A stretch of 64,000 nt of DNA from Euprymna scolopes (taxonomy: Eukaryota): the NCBI GenBank assembly GCA_053919585.1, contig CM132824.1; one strand, written 5' to 3'. Both the position numbers and the translations under genes were made by a program. Shown piece after piece: positions 36,992-49,831 of the stretch. The first letter of the stretch is position 1. Each line of letters begins with the position of its first letter. The notes beneath the pieces were generated by a model. It worked only from the letters and a program-made list of their open reading frames with translations. It was not told the origin of the DNA and did no database searches.

Positions 36992-37886
36992 GCATCGAAC
37001 GTCAGAAATCCAAACTCCCGTCTATCTGTCTATCTATCTATCTATCTACATAAATAGTTGTTTTGAATTTGATTCTTTGCAAATAGCAACAAATCAAACA
37101 AGATTACAGAAATTGCAATTGTATCTTAAGACGCATTAAAAGTATTCCTTAATTATTCAGCATTTCATAGTATCATCATGTTAGGCTATAAAGTAATAGC
37201 GTTATAGATATAAATGTTTCATACGCTTATATTTCGATTTACGTATTTGAACGTAGATCGGTTTGAATTGTTTACATTTACAGGATTCACCAATTTAAAA
37301 GCAAGTATTTTTCTTATCATATATTTCCACTGTTTATGTACTTTTGTGAATTACGCATAAAATTACTTTGGAGAAATCACATTTAAGCCAACGTGATAGA
37401 AAGGACAAAATAAATACAAAATTAAAAGACTTCAAAATATGAATATGGTGACTCTCGTTGAATTTGCGCATGAGTAAAAATAATAAGAATTGAAGAGCAA
37501 GTTGAGATGAACATTAGTCAAACAATTTGCGGACATATTTTTGTACTCGTTATTTATCAACCTAAAGAAAGATTTTTCTTCGTTATGAACCACAGTTTTT
37601 GTATTGTTACTGTTTCCTTTTAAATTCAGTGTTATGTGGTCAGTTGTTTAAGAATCATCAACTAAACACATATTCATTTACAATTTTATTTATATAGATT
37701 ATCATCCGTCGTTTAACTAAAACAAGCAGTGCATGCATAAAGCGAATCCCCCTAACAGTGTAATTTGCAACCTTCTATCATATTCATTCGGACGAAATAA
37801 AAATGTGAAGTATTATTTACACATCAGATTTGTTTAATTTTCTCGCCTGTTATTCTTGTTACATAAGAAGCGCTGCCTTCTTTTCG

Positions 37887-38478
37887 TGTAAGTAATAAGG
37901 CAGACATGATAAGTGAAAATTATATAAGGACAAGGCTAGATATTCAAACCCTGTGGGCAAGTGTTAAAAGATAATAGAAAAATTGAAATCCTAGGAATGC
38001 AGTCGATAGTTAAATCGTTTAGAAATAACTGGATATTAAATATGTCAGTTAAAAGAATGGACAATGTGAGTTTATAAGATAATGATTAAAATTAGGTTAG
38101 ATATTAAACAATTAAAATTGGGAATTCTTTGTTTGCTAAAAGTGGGTTTAGACAGGCATATGTAAAATCTACGTGAATTTGGTCAAGTTGGTTAACATCA
38201 CACTTCTGACGGCATGAACCAAGTATATTCTGAATGTATTGAAATCGGTTTCGAAGTTAGAGGATAATCGGAGATAATGAGAGCGTCATAGTTATAGAGT
38301 CAGTTAGGGATAAGAGTCGGGAGCGACTTAGCGAAACTGATCCCCTTAGAAGTGAATCGTGAGAAAAGACGATGATGTAGTCATACAAGTTTGAATTCCT
38401 GACATCATCATTCGGCTGACGGATGAATAAAGAAATCATCTAATATTATATGACCGTTGTCTTTGTTTCGTCTTTACA
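37887..38478 (+). mobile_element. Diverged copy of the LTR-like unit
   Basis: Runs TGTAAGTAAT...TTTACA and shares GGCAAGTGT.AAAGATAAT, AAAAGAATGGACA, TTTGAATTCCTGAC and GATGAATAAAGAAATC with 62417-63018. Confidence 0.6.
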
Positions 38479-40197
38479 ACCGAAAGGGTAAATATGTTTT
38501 ATCACTATTTATTTAATGAACTTTGTATAACTCCCCTCTCAAGTAACATATCTGCCCTCCACTTTGTTAACAAGAACTGTATAAATGCCTCAGCTCCATA
38601 ATAATAATATGAAGTCCCCAAGCACCATCACAGTCATCGTCATGATGTAAATGCATATAAACGTCATTATCATCCCCTGCTTCGGGGCCATGTATAACCG
38701 CCTCGTATATGAACTCCCGACAACACAACATTCTTTATTTCACGTATCTTTACAGGCCGAAAAAAATCTTATGCTATTTTTGGACAATCCATGAAAGTTA
38801 ACGTTGCCGAGAATTTACTAACACATAATTACATGAATAACTGAGGTGCTTTACTCCGCAATTATTGCTGTTCCAAGTTTAGTATCTGCTATTGCTTGAT
38901 GTATTGTCTCGCAGCGGTTTGGATTGCTGACATGTTCTGACAATGTCTAACCAGAACAAATTTGCCCGTTTTGTACAGTTCTTATATGTAAATTTTATCG
39001 TCAGTATACAGTATTAAAGAAAATACACATACAACTAATTCAGCATATACAAAAAAGTCAGTTAAATTTTCAAAATCTGCCAAATTCATATTTGATTCAG
39101 ACTAACCAATACCATTCGTACATCTTTTCACATAAATTATAAAAATGAAAAAAAAGATCGATTATGATTTATTCTGATATGTCTTTGGTTAAATTGAAAA
39201 ATTAATACAATGGAAGTGTGTGTAATAACTTATATAAAAAAGAATTAAATCGTCAATTAAACATATGAAATTATTTTTCTTATTATTATTACTATCCTTA
39301 TAACCTGCTAAAATACAATTATGTGTAAATTATCTCTAATTTCTGAACACAATTCACAACATCTACATACACACGATCCGACCCAATGCGAAGAATTACG
39401 TTGATATGACCCGAAATACTACCAGAGCAACCCCACGAGAGCAAAATATGACAAAGCAGCCGTTAAAATTCGGGGCTATATCCAGCTCTCCAGAAAGAGG
39501 TATTCTGGATTGTGGTAAATACATAAAAATTGCATTAGTCCAAGTGCACATTCGCATTGCCAAATAACTAATTAATTACATAGAGATACTACAGTTTCAT
39601 GTTAGATTAGGAGCATCATATGATGTTAGACTCTATAATCGGTAGTTCTATAATTTGTAGTTCGTTGCTATTTAACGTCGTAGTTTAAAGTAGTGTGACG
39701 CTCCAATGCTTCTGTTTACGTAGTCACATAAGACGAAACGGTGTTATTGCCCGCTATATGTCGTCAGTCAGAACTAACTTTTAATTTCATATCTTATTAA
39801 AAACTCTTTGTTTCCGTCCAGCTTTATTTTTGGTGAATGGCATATAGTTTTAGACATTTACATCAGAACTAATATGCACAGTTTTTAGTCATGACTAACA
39901 CTTCGTAAGGCGTAATCCGCTCGTAAAATATGCTATAATATAATTCTTTTAATACATGCAGATTCCGTATTTTAATTATAGAGCCAATTTGACTTTATTA
40001 TTAGTTTGTACGTAATATATAGTCGTACATTCCAAAGTACTAAAAAATATAGTTTGTGCTCCATCAGATAGAATCGAAATCGAAACATTTCGCTATTAGT
40101 TAAGATGAGTATTTAAATAGATATGTATTCGTTCCAACATTCAAATTACCGATTATTTACGGTAAATCGTCGGACGGTCCATCTAGATTTTATTGTG

Positions 40198-40243
<46 letters not shown>

Positions 40244-40749
40244 GATTGCTCCATCACCTCTGAGTTCCCCTTCGATCACTACTCGTCCGGCCTGGCAGTA
40301 ATATCCCGGAAACTATGTAATTCATCGTGATATTTGACAGCTCAGGTTGTTTGATATCCTTTTCTATGACTTTTGAACACCATCTAAAAATCTATTAAAT
40401 AAGATTTTCAATATATGTGCTGCAAAGCTAAATATTTGTTTACTCATGTCTAAACATTTTGCTAATTTCATTTCATTTCCTTTGATGATATGTTTCATTA
40501 TTGAAAATTTATGGATTAAGGAAATAAAATTAATTTGTCTGCATATACTCCTAGTTTCAACAATCAATTTTCAACTCAGATATATTTGCTATATTTTAAT
40601 CTTCAGAATTTTACGTTAACCATTAAACTTATATATTGCTCTATTTTTATATATTGAGTTTTACATTTGTGCGTAGGATCGTCCTGAAATTATTATCTCA
40701 ATGCAATATCTGACAGGACAATTTCAGTTAATTTCTTACTTGTGACTTA

Positions 40750-40784
<35 letters not shown>

Positions 40785-40877
40785 TATATATATATATAAG
40801 AATATGTTTCGATTTGCTTGCAGTATTGTTTAACCGATGTTTATGATGACTTCAAGTTGTTGTAAGCAGATAAATAA

Positions 40878-40879
<2 letters not shown>

Positions 40880-40941
<62 letters not shown>
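40880..40941. repeat. (TAA)n microsatellite; partner tract at 41990-42052
   Basis: Read directly from the sequence. Confidence 0.95.
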
Positions 40942-41990
40942 GAATCGATAAAACAGCAAATGCAGACTCTGTGGGCAAAGAGACGAAAGGATAAACAGTA
41001 TAGTAAGTGAATGCAGCAAACTGGCCCAAAAGGAATACAAAAACAGGCATGACCAAGTGGGGAGGGCGGGGCACTGGGAATTGTGCAAACGACTGCATTT
41101 TGAGCGTACATACATATGGTACAAACATAAACCTGAAACAGCACCTGAAAACGAGAACCGCAAATTCCTATGGAACATAAACATACAGACGAACAAACTC
41201 ATCCAAGCAAGAATGCCAGATGTCGTAATAATAAACAAGAAAGAAAAATCCAGTCAAAATCGTAGACTTTGCTGTCCCAGCTGACCACAGGGTGTGTATG
41301 AAAGAAAAGCAGAAACGAAGCAAATACACAGAACTAGCCAGAGATTAAGAGGGATTTTGATGATGAGGAAAATCAAAATAGTTCCGATAATTGTAGGAGC
41401 ACTATGAACAATTCCGAAAAACTTCGAAAAAAGAATGTCAGAAATCGGAATTAGAGGCATAAGTGAAAAAGTACAACGACTAACGACAATAGAAACGACT
41501 GAAATATTAAGGAAAACCCTTGAATGCAGAGAATAATACAAGAAGACAATATAACGTATAAGCGTTACAGGGAATGAAGAACACCGAAGCTGAATATCTA
41601 CAAGTTCTACACCCCATGATGCATCCCCCCATAGTTTCACCACTGCTCCTCCCACTAAAAAAGTGACACGAAGAGACGAGAAGGGCCAAGAAGGACTGAA
41701 AGACCGAGGGGAGAGCGCCAGCTAGACCTCGGTTGGGAAAGCGCAAAGAAAACTGGGACTTTGAGGAGGCGTAGTGCCACTCAAATTCCAGTATAAATCA
41801 ATGGTTACTGCCGGCGAGAAATCAATGGTAAGAGGCTATTGCAATGATGCAAATTCATTTGCAAGTGCTATCGAGGGAGGTGGAGGGAAATGGACGTCTG
41901 GGGGAGACTTGTTGTCACTCAGCCGCCAGAGAACACCAGAGGTTTCCAATCAGATCTGTTTTGACTTGTGTGAAAGCTCCATGTGAGCCA
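40941..41990 (+). mobile_element. 5'-truncated R4/Dong-like non-LTR retrotransposon (zinc knuckle plus restriction-like endonuclease)
   Basis: Translates to KCRLCGQRDE...ECSKLAQKEYKNRHDQV...HWELCK...W..HKPE...LWNINIQT...MPDVVII...DFAVP...KY...IVPIIVGAL. It is bounded by (TAA)n on both sides. Confidence 0.85.
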
Positions 41991-41996
41991 ATAATG

Positions 41997-42052
<56 letters not shown>

Positions 42053-42469
42053 TCAATAATATTATTTCATTTACCTGATTTGTGGATGGTGTTTTTTTTT
42101 TTTTTTTAAATGTAGATAGTATTTATTCACAAAATGTTTCCGTGAGCATCTCTCAAGTGGTAGAAATGTACATATACGCTTTGTACTGTGACTTTTGGTT
42201 TTACTCAAGCGACTGGTATGTAAACACTTTTTCTTACCACTGTAATTTAAATTTTTACATAACGTTAATAGCTAAGGGAAAGTAATTCAATTTTCTTAGT
42301 TTTCTATACACTTTCTGATCTAACAGATGTATTTTTGTATTTCTGTTAAAAATATCTGGTTTAATCAAAGGAAATTCGTATTGAATTAACGAATTTATTT
42401 TTATAAACTGTGGGAATTAGCACTGAGATCGTTAAATTGAATGTAATGGCACTGCTTATATCTTTATTA

Positions 42470-43290
42470 GAAATATGTTTTATTTTTCGTTTTATTTATT
42501 TTTGGTTTTAATTATTCGGTCAGTATAGATTTCCCTGGTTTCTTTCTGCTCTTAGTATTTTAACACTTACAGTGTTATTGCGCTTATGCGTGTAAGACAC
42601 GTGTTTGTAAAACGATGAGATCTTGATGAATATGTGTTATTTCATACGGATATGCAACGGTCTGATTGAACCTCCGATATATGATTCATTCCATGCGGAA
42701 CATTGGGTTTGATAGACTGAATATGTACGTTCGTGTACATGGGGCACTTAGATAATGAGCATGGTTTGTTCTTAGGGGATTTTTTTTTGTTTAAGATAGT
42801 TGTTGTATAAATGAGAGACCGCTTAGTGTGAGCTGTAGTCCTGGCTGCTATTGTGAATTGCCTTGTGTATGGCTGTTTCTATAGTATCATTAAACTAGTG
42901 TATTTTTTTAAAAAGGGTGTATTATTTCGTGTGAGTTTTTGTTTTCTGTTAGATGTTTTAATGCGTTATAGAATTTCTGTGAGGTCTCCCTTTTTTCTTG
43001 AGGATTTTCTGATTAAGGTGATCATGTCCGTTTTATTCGTGCATCTGCTACTAATACGGTTTGTTCCATTTGAAGGATAACCTATTTTGGTTTGGTTAGG
43101 GAGTGCCGATTTTAAGTTCAGGAAAATACCCCCGCGGGAGGATATTTAATAGGAATTAGTGCTTATTTGACTGTTGCAGTGATGTAGAGATAAAAGTCGA
43201 CTAGTTATAGATGTTCAGATGTCTTTGTTTTAACGTAAATACAAAATGGGGGTCTGTGTTTTGAAAGTTAATGCATATTTTTCTAGCTTG
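42470..43290 (-). pseudogene. Decayed Penelope-like element (thumb plus GIY-YIG), different family
   Basis: The minus strand gives KIGYP, KPCSLSKC and SVYQTQCSAWNESYIGGSIRPLHIRMK*H...FYKH, matching the PLE GIY-YIG pattern VY.I.C..C...YIG.T.R.L..R..EH. Confidence 0.7.
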
Positions 43291-43599
43291 TTCATGATTA
43301 GAAAATAAATAAAGAAATAAATAAAAAAACGTATTTTTTTAATTTAAAAATACACCGTTAAGACCGCAGATTGAACATACATCAAAGTTAACAGCAAGAA
43401 CACTTAATGTACGTGTCTACCCCTGAAGATGGGAGATGCTGTCGAAAAATTTTTGGAGATTAATATCATTTACATTTGAAAGGTAATACCATCTACAATC
43501 CACGTAAATAACTAAAAAATATATTATTGAATCATAATAATTATTTTTTTTTATTTTCTGCTTACAATCCCTGCATTTAAAAAAAAAACTCTAATAATG

Positions 43600-45230
43600 C
43601 TTTACTGCCGAATCAATCACTTGGTTTAAAAATATAGAAAACAAAAATAAATGCAGGTTTATACAGTTCGACACCATAGACATCTATCCCTCGATATCAA
43701 AGGGACTTTTTAACATTGCCCTAGAATTTGCCGAGTCATACACTGATATATCCTCAGAATAAATCAACATCATCAAAAATGTACAAAATCAGTTCTAATA
43801 AATAACAATAAGTAATGGATAAAAACAAAAATGACAAATTCGTTTTATTTGGCGATGGGCGCCAGGGATTCTGCAGAGGCATCAGATCTTGTGGGATTAT
43901 TCATTCTGTATACCCTCACAAGCATATTTGATACGACGGATATCGACCTATACCGAGATGATGGACTAGCTATAATAAACGACTACAACAAAGTCAAGGG
44001 GGATAACTTTAACAAAAACATACACAACGAAATGAAAAACTTAGGCCTAAAATAGACGTAGTAGCTAACATAAAAATAACAAACAATCTGGACGTCACGT
44101 TAAATTAAAATAAAAATATATATGCACCCCACTTAAAAGATAACGCTAATCCAATATACATAAACCCTATGTCCAATCACCTACCATCAATTATAAAACA
44201 TATTCCTTACTCGATCCAAACTAGATTCAGCAATAACTCAAGCGATGAAAATATATTTAACAGGTCAACGAATATCTATGAAACAGCCCTAAAAAAGTGG
44301 ATTCAGAAATATTGATACCAAATATAAGCAACAACACACCAATAACTATAATAAAATAAAAAATAGAAGAAACAGAAATATAATCTGGATACGGCGCCAT
44401 ACAATAAAATGTTAAAAACAACACTTGGCAAGACGTTTCTTGATCTTATCGAAAATCACTTTCGGGCAACCAACCCCTAACACAAAATTTTAAATAAAAA
44501 TACCCTAAAGTTATCCTACAGCAACTGCGAAAATTTAGAGACGATAATTAACGCACATAATAACAAAATATTAAATAAAAGCAATGAAAACAACAACAAA
44601 ATAAATAATAAAAAGTGGACACGTTGACAAAAATAAAACTAATAANNNNNNNNNNNNNNNNNNNNNNNNNNNNNNNNNNNNNNNNNNNNNNNNNNNNNNN
44701 NNNNNNNNNNNNNNNNNNNNNNNNNNNNNNNNNNNNNNNNNNNNNNNNNNNNNNNNNNNNNNNNNNNNNNNNNNNNNNNNNNNNNNNNNNNNNAATCATA
44801 CTAGAAATAAAAATACTAATACCGAACAAGATAAATGCAACTGTAGATACCGCACATTCTGGTCACTTAAAAATAACATCTAACCAAAAGCATAGTTTAG
44901 CAGGCAAAAATATTTGCGAAAGAAACCCCGAATAACAAGAAATATTACGGAGGTATGCCTTCCTTAGATGTCAAAATTCGATATTATGACGACAAATGTA
45001 CATTAATAATAAAAAAAACGGATGAAAATAACGCTAGCAAACAAATACTGAAAACTCAAGGAAAGCGGGCGTTCGCCGGTAGTCGAATGGAAAATAGTAA
45101 GACAAATAAATACATGTAGATACCTAGACGATCCATGTAAAGTATGCCTTCATGAAAAATTTAAACTGTAGGAGAGAAATAGCGAACAGCTGTGTTCACA
45201 GGATAAAATTTACTCTAGGATAGCGATACA
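43600..45230 (+). pseudogene. Decayed Penelope-like element (RT plus C-terminal GIY-YIG), YRDD-type
   Basis: Encodes WFKNIENK..FIQFD..DIYPSI, MGARDSAEASDLVGLFIL, LYRDDGL, YINP.SNHLP, CNCR, SIV.QA...YYGG and C.VCLHEK, with many frameshifts. It is followed by a pLTR-like region. Confidence 0.8.
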
Positions 45231-45469
45231 AAATAATTTTANNNNNNNNNNNNNNNNNNNNNNNNNNNNNNNNNNNNNNNNNNNNNNNNNNNNNNNNNNN
45301 NNNNNNNNNNNNNNNNNNNNNNNNNNNNNNNNNNNNNNNNNNNNNNNNNNNNNNNNNNNNNNNNNNNNNNNNNNNNNNNNNNNNNNNNNNNNNNNNNNNN
45401 NNNNNNNNNNNNNNNTAACCTAGATTTTAAACAGGTCAATACACTAGATATCTACACTAAATAGCACAA

Positions 45470-45760
45470 GAAAGGAACGGGTCAGCCGAAGATCAAGTTG
45501 GCCTTTGTCCTGTAAGTGGCTGCTCATTGGCTGATGAAAAGGGCCGATGGATACTAGAAAGCTTATTGGCTTAGTAAAAACTCAATAGAAGGTGCGTATA
45601 TAAAAACGCGATTCAACCGCAAAATTCTCGCATAAGCCTGAAGAATACTAGATTGATGAAATGCTGAATATTCAGTGTAGCTTAATCGCCATATATATTT
45701 TATAACTTGTTCGACCATAGTATTGAGCACTGTTGAAATAAATACTTAAAGTTTACGCAT
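45470..45760 (+). promoter_or_regulatory. Penelope pseudo-LTR-like region: inverted CCAAT boxes, TATA box and hammerhead-like core (family B)
   Basis: Contains ATTGG twice, TATATAAAAA at 45597, and CTGAAGA (45638)...GAAA (45658). The downstream sequence is shared with 30990-31117 and 13517-13650. Confidence 0.6.
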
Positions 45761-45999
45761 CAATTTATACGTTTGTATATTAATTTANNNNNNNNNNNNN
45801 NNNNNNNNNNNNNNNNNNNNNNNNNNNNNNNNNNNNNNNNNNNNNNNNNNNNNNNNNNNNNNNNNNNNNNNNNNNNNNNNNNNNNNNNNNNNNNNNNNNN
45901 NNNNNNNNNNNNNNNNNNNNNNNNNNNNNNNNNNNNNNNNNNNNNNNNNNNNNNNNNNNNNNNNNNNNNNNNNNNNNNNNNNNNNNNNNNNNNNNNNNN

Positions 46000-47035
46000 A
46001 CTGCTGTACATCTAAACAATATGATATATATGCGGGAGTGCCTCAGTGGTCTATCCATGGGCCTCTATAATTCCTAATATTCATAAATGACCTCCCTGAC
46101 AAATTTGTCCCTGAGATTGGTATATATGCTGATGACCCCACACTATAAGAGACAGAGCAGGAAAACAAATGAACACCTATCTAAATAAATGGCAGAAACA
46201 CTAGAAGATGATCTCCAATATGTAGTGGAATGGGAACAAAATTTGATGGTCACATTCACTGCTGCCAAGACTAAACTTGTTTCCTTCAATAATTACAAGA
46301 AACCTTCTTTACTACAAATAGCAATGGCGACATACTATTTATCTGAAAGTACATCTTTTAAAATCCTCGGCCTAACGTTCCCAGAATTCCTGAGTTGGAA
46401 CAACTAGATGGAGAGCATTGCCAATACCGCTTCAAAGAAGGTAGGTGCTCTCTACCCTGCTAGAAAGCTTCCAACGCCCGAAAGTACCCTGCACCCTTTT
46501 AAGTATACCATTCGCCCATGTATGGAGTATTGTTGTCATATTTAGGCTGGTACATCTGGTACTCGCCTCTCGCTCCTAAACAAAGTTCAAAAGAGAGTCA
46601 CCAATCTGATATGTCCTGAACTGTTATCTAAACTTCAGCCTTTGTCCTATCGACGAAATGTAGCATCCCTCTGCCTGTTCTACAAGTACTTTAACGGTGA
46701 ATGCTCCGACGAACTGCAAATCCTCGTACCTCCTGTACGTAAAAACCCCGACAAACCCGGTACACTGTAAATCTTACCCCTGCACAGTAGAGATCCCTAG
46801 ATGTAATAGAGTCTTCTACCCGAGTAGTTTCTTCCACAGAAACGCTAGACTTTGGAATTCCCTTGCGGGTTCCTGCTTCTCCAACTGTACTGACATGCAG
46901 AAGTTTAAATATAACGTGACCCGACATCTTGCTGCCCAACTTTCCACATAGTACACCTGTAGATTATGTCTCTGATAGTAGCTTCCTACATCAAAGTGTA
47001 AATATGCCTTGTTTGGCGTGAAAATGTAATAAAAT
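46000..47035 (+). pseudogene. Decayed copy of CR1-like subfamily 1 (RT motifs to 3' UTR)
   Basis: Aligns by eye to 34550-35554 (GVP, INDLPD, YADD, MAETLEDDLQ) with several stops. It ends GCCTTGTTTGGCGTGAAAATGTAATAAAA, and the 5' side abuts an N gap. Confidence 0.9.
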
Positions 47036-47211
47036 TATATACGTATATATGATGAATAACATATTCTTAACTAAAATAAGCGTAAATATAATTTAAAATA
47101 CTGCAACATTCCTGTTAAAACCATATGCGGATGGATTGATTTTCGCGACTTACTCAGAATTCTTTGACCATACGAAAAACTGAACCAATAACACCTTTAA
47201 TTCAAAGAGTA

Positions 47212-47389
47212 GGGCTATGACAAGAGAATATTATTTTCATTATTTTTCTCCCGAGTATATATTATTTAATAACTTAAATGTTTTTAGATAGTGTGATATG
47301 TTTCTCGGTTGATTAACCGTGCCTTACTGTGCCGGATATATACTCAAGAGTAAAAAAAAAATGCAAACAATAGTATCTTCTCATAGCCC
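47212..47389. mobile_element. MITE-like element with GGGCTATGA...TCATAGCCC termini
   Basis: 9-bp perfect TIR. The interior TTCTCGGTTGATTAA is shared with 26580-26990. Confidence 0.6.
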
Positions 47390-48059
47390 ATTTAAAAAGT
47401 GTTTATTCGTTCTCAGTATCAATTACTTATTAAATTTTACAAACATTTAAGATACATATAAATACAAACGTTGAGTTACAGCCTTGCGTAATATACACTG
47501 AATTTATGAACAACGATACCTCAAATTTATGTCTGCGGTATTTATGAAGATAAGAAAACTTTTAAAATTTTATGTTGTAAAAATAAATCTTCAACATTCT
47601 GTCTCATTTCTTCTGAATAAAAATGACGTTATTGTTTGCCAAACTCAATTTTAATTATAAATTTTCTTCCTTGCTCTGTGTGATCAAAAACCACTAGTTT
47701 TAGTAAAAAAAAACAAAAAAAAAAACGAAATGTTGTTTGTAAAACAACGAACATGAAAACAGAAAAATACGATAAACAAAGAAAAAAAAAAGGGGGAATC
47801 GTTGATTGATTTTTGAGTTGTTTTCAGCCAGTGAGAATTTGCTTTTAACACAAACAATTTTTTGCAGTAATAAAATAAATACAGAAAATAACAAGAAAAA
47901 ACTTCAAGGTTACTTTTATTTGTTTTTTCATTTCAGTTTCTCAGAAATAATTACATTTCACGGTTTAGTGAGTTCCTACAAAGATTTCATAATTTATGTG
48001 TTTGCTGGTGTCACCGGGTGCATATTTTACTCTATTCAGAAAAAAATGTATAAATAACA

Positions 48060-48121
<62 letters not shown>

Positions 48122-48124
<3 letters not shown>

Positions 48125-48356
48125 CGTGGGCCATAAATCGCGCACCAAATGATTTGAAATAATTATGATAGTAATAAACGTTATTTATTAACACCAAACT
48201 TAAAAAATAAGCTGAAAAAAAACACGTTGTACATCCTGATACAATCATAAAGGAAGATGTATCTTATACCCAAAGAAAAGAAAATATATTTTGCCCCGAA
48301 GAGTTTTCAGTTTCACATCACTTAATTCTTTGGTGCGTGACTTATGGTCCACCCTA
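48122..48356. mobile_element. Tc1/mariner-type MITE with ~28-bp TIRs in a TA context
   Basis: CAGCGTGGGCCATAAATCGCGCACCAAA pairs with TTTGGTGCGTGACTTATGGTCCACCCTA, and TA flanks both sides. Confidence 0.75.
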
Positions 48357-48914
48357 TATATACAATTTGAACACGAATATATAGTTAAGTTGAAGTTTTA
48401 GTCAGTTAGAATTGCTTTAAAGCTTCACCGCCTACACATTTTTGACTAAATTTTAAACACTTATTACAGTTTATAGATCACTTTCTCAGCTATATTTTGA
48501 AAAAATGCTCTTTTCAATATTCGTTCAGGAAAACAAAAGTTATGTGTAATTTCTTGTGTCTAAAATCGTAAAAAAATATAAAAAGGTGAGCAACGCTTTT
48601 TATGACTGGTTTTCAATAGCAACCACGTCACTTACCCACTAGTGTTGCTACTAATTTATTGCTGTCGCGAAATGGGAAATAACAAGTGAAACAGACGGAA
48701 TGAAAGCATGAAAGGGAGAACATTTTGGGGAATTTGTGAAAGCAGACGAGTGCTATGCATTGTTATTACATATGTGTTGGTGGGACAAAAAATAAAACTG
48801 GAATTAAACAGAGAACAAGTGAATTTATTAGAAGCCTGAAAAATCGTGTATTAAAATAGAAACCGTGGAAAGTAATGTGTTTAAGCTTAAACAAGGGGCA
48901 ATAAAGGGCTGTTT

Positions 48915-49136
48915 GTGAAAACTGGCAAAGAAAAGGACAAGATATTCTAGTAAAAAAAATAATAAATTTATAACTTAAAATATTGCAGCGTGACGATTTT
49001 TTTTTCTATTCAATTTATAACATTATATAATCATTTCTTAATAGTACAATATTTTAAGTTATGAATTTATTAGTATTTTACTAAATAATTTCTATTTTTT
49101 GTTCGAATATCTTGTTATTTTCCTTTCCAGTTTCTA
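48915..49136. repeat. Degenerate AT-rich foldback
   Basis: TAATAAATTTATAACTTAAAATATTG pairs with CAATATTTTAAGTTATGAATTTATTA, and ACAAGATATTC pairs with GAATATCTTGT. Confidence 0.7.
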
Positions 49137-49199
49137 CGACTATACCTTTACTTTTCTATTTTTACGCTTAACTATATAACTTTTCATTCTCACATTTTT

Positions 49200-49266
<67 letters not shown>

Positions 49267-49831
49267 TGATATTTGTTTAATATGTCGCTACACATTCATC
49301 AGCATGTTAGTTAACTGGACAAGGAAAAGTATTTAACCGCTAAATCCTATTTCTCACTGTAACTGTAACCAAACGCAACAGCAGTTTTTTTTACGTGTTG
49401 GCTATAATTGTTTGTGATTTTAACTATTCTTCAGTTTTTTTTTTCATTATGTACCGGAACCGCCTTTTTATAAACGTTAAAATTACTTGCAAATTTTTAT
49501 TATGTGAAGATTAGCCAAGCACGGGACATTTAATCCTGATAAAAGGGGGCAAAAGTTATAGCTGTAGACTTATGGTGAGTGGTGTATGTAATACTTGCTT
49601 TTGTTAAGAGGAGCACTTCTTGGTTTACAAAGCTATTAAACGGAAGTGACGACATATACAGATATGATGTTTGCTGCCAGGGCATCCATACAAGGGCCCG
49701 GAAAAAATCGAACGTCGCTAATACCACGGAACACAATAAAGGGTCATTTGAAAAGAAAAACAAAAAAAAACTCATCTGTCTACTTAAATGTATGTATGTA
49801 TGTATTTATGTCTGCCTTTTTCCGCTTCATC

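Noticed and set aside
45532-45561. CTGATGA...GAAA as an additional hammerhead
   Set aside because: There is no pairing helix II between the two core segments.
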